Shown piece after piece: positions 51,971 to 62,457 of a DNA stretch of 64,000 bases. Both the position numbers and the translations under genes were made by a program. This DNA comes from Parasitella parasitica NRRL 2501. Lineage: Eukaryota > Fungi > Mucoromycota. The stretch is taken from the NCBI GenBank assembly GCA_025201805.1, contig MU619282.1:154540-218539 (forward strand). Direction: 5' to 3'. Each line of letters begins with the position of its first letter. Position 1 is the first letter of the stretch. The notes below the pieces were generated by a model. It was not told where the DNA came from and did not search any database. It saw nothing but the letters and a program-made list of their open reading frames with translations.

Positions 51971-53355
51971 TTGACGAGTTGTATTACAGACAGATGGGAG
52001 AAACGGGAACAACACAACAAAGAAAAAGGGAAAAGGTAAAAGGCTTTTCGAGTCAAATTTATACTAATTTTAAGGAACGAGATTATTTTTTGTGCGCAAA
52101 AAGCACAGCCAGCAGGCAGACAGGTAGACAGGCAGACAGGCAGACAAGGCTTGTGCGCCAAGCTTTCTTGCACACGATGTAGAGAATTAATGACGCAGCC
52201 TTCAGCCTGTCTCTTTGTCAGTTTATCCCAATAAATTATGTTGTCCAGACCGAACAAAATGTCACCTAATCAGAAGTAAAATGTTAGCCAACCAGGAATT
52301 AGATTTTACTCTCACAGATTACTTTTTCTTGAGCTTACGAGATGAATATTTATAGTGAAAGCGGTCAATTAACGTAGGATATTTTATGTCAACTATCGAC
52401 GATTCCAATATTGTTCTAGAAAATTTGGTTACTCATTCTTCTTGTATGAAAATAAAGCCGACTGGAAACAAAAAAGTTCTTCCCGACAAAGAATTGTTAC
52501 ACACCAGGGCGGGCTCGCTGGGTGCGCTGCAGGTCCCCTCAAGCGAATTCCACCCCCATCAACTTTTTAGAGCAACACTGATTCTTCCTCGTCTATGAAA
52601 GACAAGACTCTCTAGCGCCGGCGGAAGGGACGACCCTGGCTTTTGTGGTTTGATAAGGTGAGTCGTCCTTGGCCAAGCTATTTTCAATAGTTGCGGTAGG
52701 GTGAATCTCAGAAAAGCGCTTGTTGCTAATAGTATTAAAAGTGAATACCCTAGTATTCTTCAGGTTTACGACTTTCGTAGACTGCCCCCCAAATGGTTCA
52801 TTTGGTGAATGTCCTTCATTGAAGAAACATCAAAAAAATAACCGTTGTGGAAATCGAAAAAGACGACTGTGGAAGAGGATGGCAAAACTGTCCCTATTAC
52901 GGTGTCCAGAATCTTGAGATTCTGTTTGTGTTTATCTGGATTTACCTATAGTATTACACTGTAGATGCGGTACATTTAGTTGTTTAATCGTAGTAAATTA
53001 ATCGATATTTTGCAGCATCTGTAAGCATTTGAACCGTAGCACAAGCATCAGAGATAGGTTTGCTATTTGCACTCGCCGCCAAGTGCTGCTTCGGGCTCAA
53101 AATCTTGAATTCATGAACTTTACTGATTGATTTTTATTTACATATTGACAGGCTTATCGCACTAAAAAAAAAAAGGTCATCACTCTTCTGCAAACAAATC
53201 AATTTTTGTTGCTACGTATCGTTTTTTGGCTAACTGAATGTGCTTGACGTTGAAGGATTTTAAGGCACTAGCAAGTGAAAAATTATAAATTTCAATCAGC
53301 TCCTTTTTGGTTTCTTTGGGTGGAGACAAAGAAAAAGAAGATTTTCGATGCTGGT

Positions 53356-54460
53356 TTAAGAAGACAAGATATTTCTTAATGAGCTTCTAACAGGGCTAAG
53401 ATAAAAGTCATCTTGAGCTAGCATTTTCAGTAGCAGCTCGTTCATCTCTTTTTGATGTATTTCTTGGTATGCAAAGGACTTGATTACAAGCGATGCAGCT
53501 GAATGCATGATATGTCGACTTTCAAATAATAATAGGTTCGCTGGCGAGAAGCCATTGTCCTCATACCTCTTGCTGTAGAATCCCCCGTTGTTTTTTGCAT
53601 TTAGCTTATAGTATTGGTTCATTATCCTGTTCTTGCGAATGTATTCTTTTTGTTTGATGGCAATGAAAATCTCATTGATCGAGATGGTTCGATAGCTTGT
53701 TGTGATAGTAGGTGGAAGCAATGAAACTGATGACCCAAGGAAAGGGGAAAAAAAACGTACCATCCACTGAGCCAAAGAATCCACTTGTTGCGAGTAATTC
53801 AACATAACCAAACCTGTAACTCAATTCAAAGTAGTCTTTTCCAAGTTTTGTCTTTCTTCTGATAAAAGCCACGGCTTTTTCTTGGCGTCCTACCTTTGAC
53901 ATGTCGGCACAATCATCTATCTGGTTGTTGTTATGAATGAAACAGGAAAAGCTGGTCGTAAAAAACCAATATAACAACTGATTCGACAAACTTTGGTCCG
54001 TACTCATTAACGATTCTCGAGGCTTCCACTGCATCCAGGTCTGTCTTCTTCATTAACAAATCGTCGCTAAAATCGTTTTTCCAGACGCGATATTCTTTGG
54101 AGTTGAAGAATCGATTGATAGAGGAAGCGATCATATGGCTAAGGTTACCCTTCATGACTATAGTTTCTTTGTTGGCAAGGTAATAATCGCGTTTTAGGAT
54201 GTCTTTTGCGCGTTCAACTTATGTTCTAACTGCTTCTGGAGTGACATTTTCATTGATATCAGTGAGCTGCTCGTCTCCACTGATCTTTAAAGTGACATGA
54301 TCCATTTCATCTTCTTCCACTATGAACTTGAATTTCCGTTCAAATCTTTCAGGTACAATGGAGGTAATCTTCTTGTGCTGTGGCACTTGAAAGTATGTTG
54401 TTGACCCTTTGCCCGACATACCTGAGTTAATTGCTGATTTTCTGTTAGACCGGTATTCAC
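53356..54460 (-). pseudogene. Fragmented gene of unknown family
   Basis: Consecutive frameshifted ORFs 54219-54488, 53931-54155, 53672-54034, 53356-53811 on one strand. Confidence 0.5.
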
Positions 54461-54461
54461 C

Positions 54462-54837
54462 ATGACCATCAACAAGGCCCAAGGTCACTCGACTTTCTTG
54501 GTCTTTTTCTCACATGGCCAGTTATATGTTGCTTTCTCGCGCATTAAGCAGCTATCTTCAATCAAAATTCTTCTGCAGAGAAAAACCTCAACTGCCAAAA
54601 ACTATACTGGATCATACACCGATAATACTGTATTCCATAAAGTATTTAGATAACTCTACTGATTTTTACATTTTTTTTTCTATTATGCCTTACTACATCC
54701 ATATTTTTATTTCTGCCTAACAATATGTTTTAAGTTACAATAAAAGAGCATTGAATATCTGATTAGCATTTATCAAAAGATTGAGCTCCTGGCAGGGCGA
54801 CGATGGCCGTCGTGAGCGAAGCGAGCAGGTCAGCTAG
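54462..54837 (+). mobile_element. Helitron 3' remnant
   Basis: MTINKAQG..FSHGQLYVAFSR; terminal gcagggcgacg...gagcgaagcgag...CTAG. Confidence 0.85.
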
Positions 54838-56498
54838 CCTTATATGTGTTTTTGCGAATTACTAAATTTGTGGTATATAGGGGCATCCTTAGGAATTAGC
54901 TTTCTTTACTGCTAGTGTCTGGTGCAACATTGCGAACTACAACCACCATATAAATGCCACCCTCTCCATTGTTATCGTACCCTTCTCTCATTTTTACCAA
55001 TAATCTCAATTGGTATGAATAATAACATTTAAAGTTGGTTGATATGTTAAACTAGAAATCACGGTCTACAATTGCCCTCAAAAGAAACTCCTCAAATTAA
55101 ATCTTATAATAAAAGGACCTAGGGTTTGATCAAGTCTTTTGAAATCACAAGCGTCATAGCAAATGATAGTATGCCAAAGCGTCTCTTCCTCAAGACAGGA
55201 GTTCAAAAACAACAATTCCGTATTTACGGTCTGATGCTAAGGCTTATATATTGGGCAAAGATGAAAGCGACGGGATACATGTACGAACGCTCCTCTGCAC
55301 AGCTCAAATGGCTTACCACAGTCGTTTTTGCCAACCACGTAAGGTGGGTGTCGACAACAGCATCTTTTTTGGTGTTGTTACTTTTTTGGGATCAGATGAA
55401 CTTCTACCTTCTCGTGGTTGATCCTGTTAATCATTATAACTTAACAGTTATTTTGAGAACTAAAAGAAGTTTCAGTCTATTTGCATTTATATTAATAATC
55501 AATGAATAAATAAAAATGTTTTGTAAATTACATCTTGACTTTTTAGTTTCTTGTAAATGCTTTTTTTTCAATGCTTGCAATAATAACGGGGTTTTATAGA
55601 GATTCTTTAGGGCTCTCTGAATTGAAGCAGCTGCAGTATTTATGATAGAACTTGCGAATATTGTGCTGGTCTCTTCATCAATCTTGAGTTTTGAAGTAGA
55701 GTTTGCGATGGTAATCCTAAAGCTCAGGTTCTAGATGCAGTTGCTTCACATTAAGAAATTTGAAGTGTTAATTCTAACCTCATACTCTGTACAGTATCAA
55801 ATAAAGAAGTTGTGTTCTTTGTCCTCTGGTTTTTTATAGTAAACTGAAAGCTAATAGCATAACATTAAGAATCAACGGAATCTTTCTCAAGATATTTTAT
55901 TTTGTAATCGTCCATGATCAAATAGTTAAATTGAAAGGTTTTGTCCTTGATGTTCATCGTGCCCTTTGATGATCTGTCATCTACTGTTACTTTTAATGTT
56001 GCTGCTGATGTTTTTCATGCTGTTGTTCTTTCCGTTGTTCTTTCTGTTGTTGTTGCTTTTGCTGTGCCCTTTCCACCTCGCTTTCACATTTATGCTTATG
56101 ATAATGCTGGTTACAGCCCATCCGGCAAAACAAAGCAAAGAAAATAATAAGTGCATTATCCTTACAACAATTCATAATTTCTTTTTTGTTACCTTTCATA
56201 CAATAGCCGCTCGATTTAAGGCTGTTCGATATAAGGCTATTCACGATATAAGGCTAAAATTTTTGTGAATTTTTTTTTTAAGCAGGGAGTTAGCCTTATT
56301 AGCCTTATTCGATAACAGTGCTCACGGTACCAATTTGCGGTTTTATATTTTTTTTTGCGGGTTTACAAACTTCCAATTTGCGGGTTTTTCATTGGCCAAT
56401 TTGCGGTTTTTTTATTCTCACTTTACGGGTTTGCTAGATCCCAATTAGCGTTTTTATTTTTTCAATTTACGTTTTACTTTACAAAATAAACAGCTATT

Positions 56499-57833
56499 AT
56501 GTTTTCAATTTCAGGCAAGATCATCTTCGAAGATGGCCAAGGAAATCTCTATAATGAGGATGGAAAAGAGGCAATGGACTGGGAAGAAGATGTAGATCCC
56601 TACAATTTAGAAAACCTAACTAACTTGACTCAGTATAAAGAACATCAACCAGTTGAATTAGATTCAAATGATCCCGCTTTGGATAAACGAATGGAAGACA
56701 TTCAAACCAAAGTTTCAACGGGAAATACTGCAGTTAAATACAAAACATATTCCGTTGACCAAAAAACTTTGTTTTTGTATTATATTAAGATCAAACTTTT
56801 TAAAGCTGCAAAAGCTGCAAAATTGTCTGGAGTAAACGAACGCACTGGACAGCAATGGGCGAAAAGACTTAGGGAAGATCCTGAATGGGATATATATGAA
56901 AAAAACACGAACAAAGTTAACCGAAAATCCAGTCAGCTTCAAGAGGAGCATAAGCTGTATTTGATAAACTACTTTGATGAGTTTTCTCAGGCACGCACAA
57001 AAGACGCAGTAGATAGTTTGACTGAAAACTTCGAAAACTTTAGTTTAAAAGAAACAGTCGTTGGAGAGTTTATCTCAAGGGAGTGCAATCTTTCTATCAA
57101 GAGCGTAACCCGTCACCCTAAAGCTCGAAATAGCCCAGAGAAGCTTAAAGCTCGTCGTGAGTGGGTAGAGTTATGGTCTGAAACCTCAATGGATTTTAAT
57201 ACCAATTGCATTTTCATCGATGAAAGTGCTTTTGATATAAACATGAGGCCACCTACTGCAAGATCGGTTAGAGGAACACCGGCTGTTGTTGTCACGCCTT
57301 CTACTAAGGCTATTAGCCATACTATTCTTGGTGCTGTTTCTGCATTGGGAATAATAAACATTGAGATACGAGTTCCAGTACCACCAAAAAAAGTAAAAGT
57401 AGTAGGTAGCCGTAAAAGAAAATCAACTGCTGTAAAGAAGCCTTCTTTTGGAGGAACTAATTCCGGTCACTACCTTAATTTTATTAAGAAAACTCTCGAT
57501 CAAATGGATAAATATCCTGAGATGAAAGGATTTTATCTCATTATGGATAACTCTCCTATTCATGATAAGAAAGACGGTGATATTGACAATATTATTGAAT
57601 CTAGAGGCTATAAATGTGTTTATCTTCCTCCTTATTCCCCAGAACTTAACCCCATTGAGCAGTTCTGGGCAGTAGTTAAGAGTAAAGTTAGAAGAAGCCA
57701 GTTTGGGAACACTGAGGATCTTAAGACCAGGATCAGTGAAGCATGTAATGAAATTCCTTTCAAACATCTTCAAGGTTTTGTTAAACACTCATTCGATACT
57801 TTTGAAAGATGTTTGAACGAGGAACATATATAA
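56499..57833 (+). CDS. Tc1/IS630-family DD36E transposase (left arm of element B)
   Basis: FIDESAF, MDNSPIH-36aa-PIEQFW. Confidence 0.95.
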   Translation: MFSISGKIIFEDGQGNLYNEDGKEAMDWEEDVDPYNLENLTNLTQYKEHQPVELDSNDPALDKRMEDIQTKVSTGNTAVKYKTYSVDQKTLFLYYIKIKLFKAAKAAKLSGVNERTGQQWAKRLREDPEWDIYEKNTNKVNRKSSQLQEEHKLYLINYFDEFSQARTKDAVDSLTENFENFSLKETVVGEFISRECNLSIKSVTRHPKARNSPEKLKARREWVELWSETSMDFNTNCIFIDESAFDINMRPPTARSVRGTPAVVVTPSTKAISHTILGAVSALGIINIEIRVPVPPKKVKVVGSRKRKSTAVKKPSFGGTNSGHYLNFIKKTLDQMDKYPEMKGFYLIMDNSPIHDKKDGDIDNIIESRGYKCVYLPPYSPELNPIEQFWAVVKSKVRRSQFGNTEDLKTRISEACNEIPFKHLQGFVKHSFDTFERCLNEEHI

Positions 57834-58740
57834 AAAAAAATATTTTAATAAAACGTAATTTGAAAAAATAAAAACGCTAATTGGGATCTAGCAAACCCGT
57901 AAAGTGAGAATAAAAAAACCGCAAATTGGCCAATGAAAAACCCGCAAATTGGTACCGTGAGCACTGTACATCTTTTTGGCAACTTATTTGTCACTTTTCT
58001 TGATGAAATAGAATATACAGTGAATCCATTTTCACATTGCGAACTAGCTGAAAATTTTCATACATGTGACGAAGTTAAATCCAATCAAATGCAGAAATAA
58101 GCTTTTTACTAAAATACAGTCCGGCTGGTGGACATTGTCGGTTACAAGAAAGATAACTGGATTTAATTTGTTAATTAATATAAAAACAATTGTCGGTCAA
58201 ATACGAATAAAATATAATAAGAGGAAAAGATGCTGCTAGGCTTAATTCATAGTGATTAGCCATGATTTAACTAACAGAATCATACAGTGTTTCGGTTTTC
58301 GTTAAAATTAATAGATATTTATTCAATTACAAGCTTTGTCAAGACACTTCTTCAACTGAATTTAGAAAAATAAATAAAAAATTTAAGCCATAACTTATAA
58401 TTATCATTGCAAAAAGCTATATAATAAACCCAAGTACAAACTGTTTGGGCGTAAAATGTCACAAAGATCTATGGTCGCTTACGAATGAACGTTTTTGATA
58501 ATTTTATATGCTATTTTTATAGATGCTATACAACTGTGGTCACGGAGAAAATTCATAGCGTGTCTTTCCAATACTTTAATGTTTTACCATAAATATACAT
58601 ATACTATTATTAATATTAGAGAACATATTAAATGAAATAATTTATTTTTGTGATATAAATTTAACAGCAAACAAATAGTGTTTCTCTTAACAATAAGAAT
58701 AATATTCGTTGTGAGAGGACTTAAAATGATAAACGAAGCA

Positions 58741-59595
58741 TTAAAAATCCTCTAATCGTCTTAACTTTTTCTGTAATACCTCAACCTCCTGTAATTTTCT
58801 TTCGATTTGTTTTTTAATTTTTGATTTAGCCTTTTCAATATCCTCGTTATAGTCGTCACTTGTACTAATAATAGTAGAAGCTGTCGTATTTGGATTGGTA
58901 TTTGTTGATGTTGTACTAGATTCATGATTATTTGCATCAATTGTAGAAATGACAGGCGTATCGACGTTACGGTTGCTTGGATTGGTATTTGTTGATGCTG
59001 TACTAGATTCATGATTATTTGCATCAGTTTTAGAAATGACAGGCGTATCGACGTTACGGTTACTTGGATTGGCATTAGATGTTGAATTGTTGCTGAAACT
59101 TGCGGTGGAATCATTGCTAATGTTAGTGCCAAGAGCGATAGAGCAATGGCACATCAATTTTGAGGATGAGCTAATTCGTGGTTGTACTTGAAAATTACTC
59201 TAAATAAGAATGTTAAGTATACTCTAATTTCACTTAATAGTAAATAGTGAAGCCTTACATAATTAATAGGCTTGTTATCTAATAGACTTGGGTTTACTCC
59301 TATTCCTTCAAGTCTTTTGCATATAAGCTTTTTCTGAATACAATAAACATAGTAAAAAGTCGAAGCATCAAGTTCAGATTCGAAATGAATGAGCGCAAAG
59401 CTACTATCAAAAGTTAAATCTTAGTCAAATACTGTGATATTTTGCTTACTTTTTTTGCTCCGTTTTGATAACATGTAGGGGCTTAACAATAGAACATTCT
59501 TTCAGAATTTGTTTTAATCGTTCACTTTTGATGCCTGTTATGCTATCACCACAAAGCTGAACGTGGCATTTTCTGTTACCACACGTCTCGCACAT
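58741..59595 (-). CDS. Cargo gene of element B: ~248-aa protein with Cys-rich N-terminus, RRM-like domain, S/T/N-rich repeats and C-terminal coiled coil; 3 exons
   Basis: Exons 59595-59450, 59400-59259, 59199-58741 splice in frame (GT-AG): MCETCGNRKCHVQLCG..SERLKQILKEC..KNFALIHFESELDAS. Confidence 0.75.
58893..59072. repeat. Two coding 87-bp tandem repeats
   Basis: NPSNRNVDTPVIS(KT/TI)DANNHESST(A/T)STNT occurs twice. Confidence 0.9.
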
Positions 59596-59887
59596 GAAAG
59601 AAATCTGTGGGAAAGCAAAAAAAAATTAATTTTTTTTTTTTTAAATGAGTTTTATTTGTCGCACGTAAAGATGGACTTACAGACCATCAGAAGCGGTGCT
59701 CAACAATGTGAAAATATGGATAAGGATAATTATACTGAAAAGAAAAAGATAAAATAAATCTAAGATAATAGCGCGAGGAGAAAAAAAATTAATGTAGTTT
59801 TGTTCTTGCTATTTCACAAGACTGTAACTCAAAATAAGTGATGACGTAATTAAATTAATTTTATTTATAGTGACCTAGCGTTTTTTT

Positions 59888-60032
59888 TTACTTTCGTGGT
59901 AGGCATTTTTTTATTTCTTTTGAGTCATCTTTCGTGGGTGGCATTAGGTTTACTTTCGTGGTAGACATTTTTTTATTTCTTTTGGGTCATCTTTCGTGGG
60001 TAGCATTAGGTTTACTTTCGTGGTAGACATTT
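59888..60032. repeat. ~61-bp tandem repeat containing five CTTTCGTGG motifs, upstream of the RRM-like gene
   Basis: tttactttcgtggtag.cattttttt..gtcatctttcgtggg..gcattagg, ~2.3 copies. Confidence 0.85.
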
Positions 60033-61122
60033 TGGATATGAATTGCTAATCACCTCCTCGTGGTCATATCTGGACAACTACTATTTCTATGGAAGTAGTA
60101 GGCTAAGTATTAGCATTTTGATTAGTTTAGCGCTTTTTTTTTTTAAATAAAGTTTATTGGTTATTGTTAGAGTTAGAAAGACAAATGATTGCTTACAAAC
60201 ATATGATTTTGGTAATTTTATATATACTGTTTTTATAGACGCTATACAACTGTGGTCATGGAGAAAATCCACAGCATGTCTTTCCAATGCTTTAATGTTT
60301 TACCACACATAAAATGGGAAGGTTCAAAAGTCCAGAATTTCTTTTTTACAGTAGTGTCTATACTTAATATATTAGGCACAGCGTCTCATTGCTAAATTAT
60401 TTCAGGGGTCAAGAATGAGTGCAGAGAAATGAATAGTAAAATTTATTTTATAATCCTTACGCTAGTCTTTTAATTACTTCTTCAGATCCATTTTTTACAT
60501 TTTACGCCCAAACAGTTTGTACTTGGGTTTATTATATAGCTTTTTGCAATGATAATTATAAGTTATGGCTTAAATTTTTTATTTATTTTTCTAAATTCAG
60601 TTGAAGAAGTGTCTTGACAAAGCTTGTAATTGAATAAATATCTATTAATTTTAACGAAAACCGAAACACTGTATGATTCTGTTAGTTAAATCATGGCTAA
60701 TCACTATGAATTAAGCCTAGCAGCATCTTTTCCTCTTATTATATTTTATTCGTATTTGACCGACAATTGTTTTTATATTAATTAACAAATTAAATCCAGT
60801 TATCTTTCTTGTAACCGACAATGTCCACCAGCCGGACTGTATTTTAGTAAAAAGCTTATTTCTGCATTTGATTGGATTTAACTTCGTCACATGTATGAAA
60901 ATTTTCAGCTAGTTCGCAATGTGAAAATGGATTCACTGTATATTCTATTTCATCAAGAAAAGTGACAAATAAGTTGCCAAAAAGATGTACAGTGCTCACG
61001 GTACCAATTTGCGGGTTTTTCATTGGCCAATTTGCGGTTTTTTTATTCTCACTTTACGGGTTTGCTAGATCCCAATTAGCGTTTTTATTTTTTCAAATTA
61101 CGTTTTATTAAAATATTTTTTT

Positions 61123-62457
61123 TTATATATGTTCCTCGTTCAAACATCTTTCAAAAGTATCGAATGAGTGTTTAACAAAACCTTGAAGATGTTTGAAAGG
61201 AATTTCATTACATGCTTCACTGATCCTGGTCTTAAGATCCTCAGTGTTCCCAAACTGGCTTCTTCTAACTTTACTCTTAACTACTGCCCAGAACTGCTCA
61301 ATGGGGTTAAGTTCTGGGGAATAAGGAGGAAGATAAACACATTTATAGCCTCTAGATTCAATAATATTGTCAATATCACCGTCTTTCTTATCATGAATAG
61401 GAGAGTTATCCATAATGAGATAAAATCCTTTCATCTCAGGATATTTATCCATTTGATCGAGAGTTTTCTTAATAAAATTAAGGTAGTGACCGGAATTAGT
61501 TCCTCCAAAAGAAGGCTTCTTTACAGCAGTTGATTTTCTTTTACGGCTACCTACTACTTTTACTTTTTTTGGTGGTACTGGAACTCGTATCTCAATGTTT
61601 ATTATTCCCAATGCAGAAACAGCACCAAGAATAGTATGGCTAATAGCCTTAGTAGAAGGCGTGACAACAACAGCCGGTGTTCCTCTAACCGATCTTGCAG
61701 TAGGTGGCCTCATGTTTATATCAAAAGCACTTTCATCGATGAAAATGCAATTGGTATTAAAATCCATTGAGGTTTCAGACCATAACTCTACCCACTCACG
61801 ACGAGCTTTAAGCTTCTCTGGGCTATTTCGAGCTTTAGGGTGACGGGTTACGCTCTTGATAGAAAGATTGCACTCCCTTGAGATAAACTCTCCAACGACT
61901 GTTTCTTTTAAACTAAAGTTTTCGAAGTTTTCAGTCAAACTATCTACTGCGTCTTTTGTGCGTGCCTGAGAAAACTCATCAAAGTAGTTTATCAAATACA
62001 GCTTATGCTCCTCTTGAAGCTGACTGGATTTTCGGTTAACTTTGTTCGTGTTTTTTTCATATATATCCCATTCAGGATCTTCCCTAAGTCTTTTCGCCCA
62101 TTGCTGTCCAGTGCGTTCGTTTACTCCAGACAATTTTGCAGCTTTTGCAGCTTTAAAAAGTTTGATCTTAATATAATACAAAAACAAAGTTTTTTGGTCA
62201 ACGGAATATGTTTTGTATTTAACTGCAGTATTTCCCGTTGAAACTTTGGTTTGAATGTCTTCCATTCGTTTATCCAAAGCGGGATCATTTGAATCTAATT
62301 CAACTGGTTGATGTTCTTTATACTGAGTCAAGTTAGTTAGGTTTTCTAAATTGTAGGGATCTACATCTTCTTCCCAGTCCATTGCCTCTTTTCCATCCTC
62401 ATTATAGAGATTTCCTTGGCCATCTTCGAAGATGATCTTGCCTGAAATTGAAAACAT
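61123..62457 (-). CDS. Tc1/IS630-family DD36E transposase (right arm of element B)
   Basis: Protein identical to 56499-57833. Confidence 0.95.
   Translation of the reverse strand: MFSISGKIIFEDGQGNLYNEDGKEAMDWEEDVDPYNLENLTNLTQYKEHQPVELDSNDPALDKRMEDIQTKVSTGNTAVKYKTYSVDQKTLFLYYIKIKLFKAAKAAKLSGVNERTGQQWAKRLREDPEWDIYEKNTNKVNRKSSQLQEEHKLYLINYFDEFSQARTKDAVDSLTENFENFSLKETVVGEFISRECNLSIKSVTRHPKARNSPEKLKARREWVELWSETSMDFNTNCIFIDESAFDINMRPPTARSVRGTPAVVVTPSTKAISHTILGAVSALGIINIEIRVPVPPKKVKVVGSRKRKSTAVKKPSFGGTNSGHYLNFIKKTLDQMDKYPEMKGFYLIMDNSPIHDKKDGDIDNIIESRGYKCVYLPPYSPELNPIEQFWAVVKSKVRRSQFGNTEDLKTRISEACNEIPFKHLQGFVKHSFDTFERCLNEEHI

Noticed and set aside
52640-52655. AACCACAA on the minus strand as a telomerase template
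   Set aside because: An 8-nt match is expected by chance; the organism's telomere repeat is unknown
54900-56200. Possible decayed minus-strand gene
   Set aside because: Frames are broken and no recognisable motif; cannot support a call
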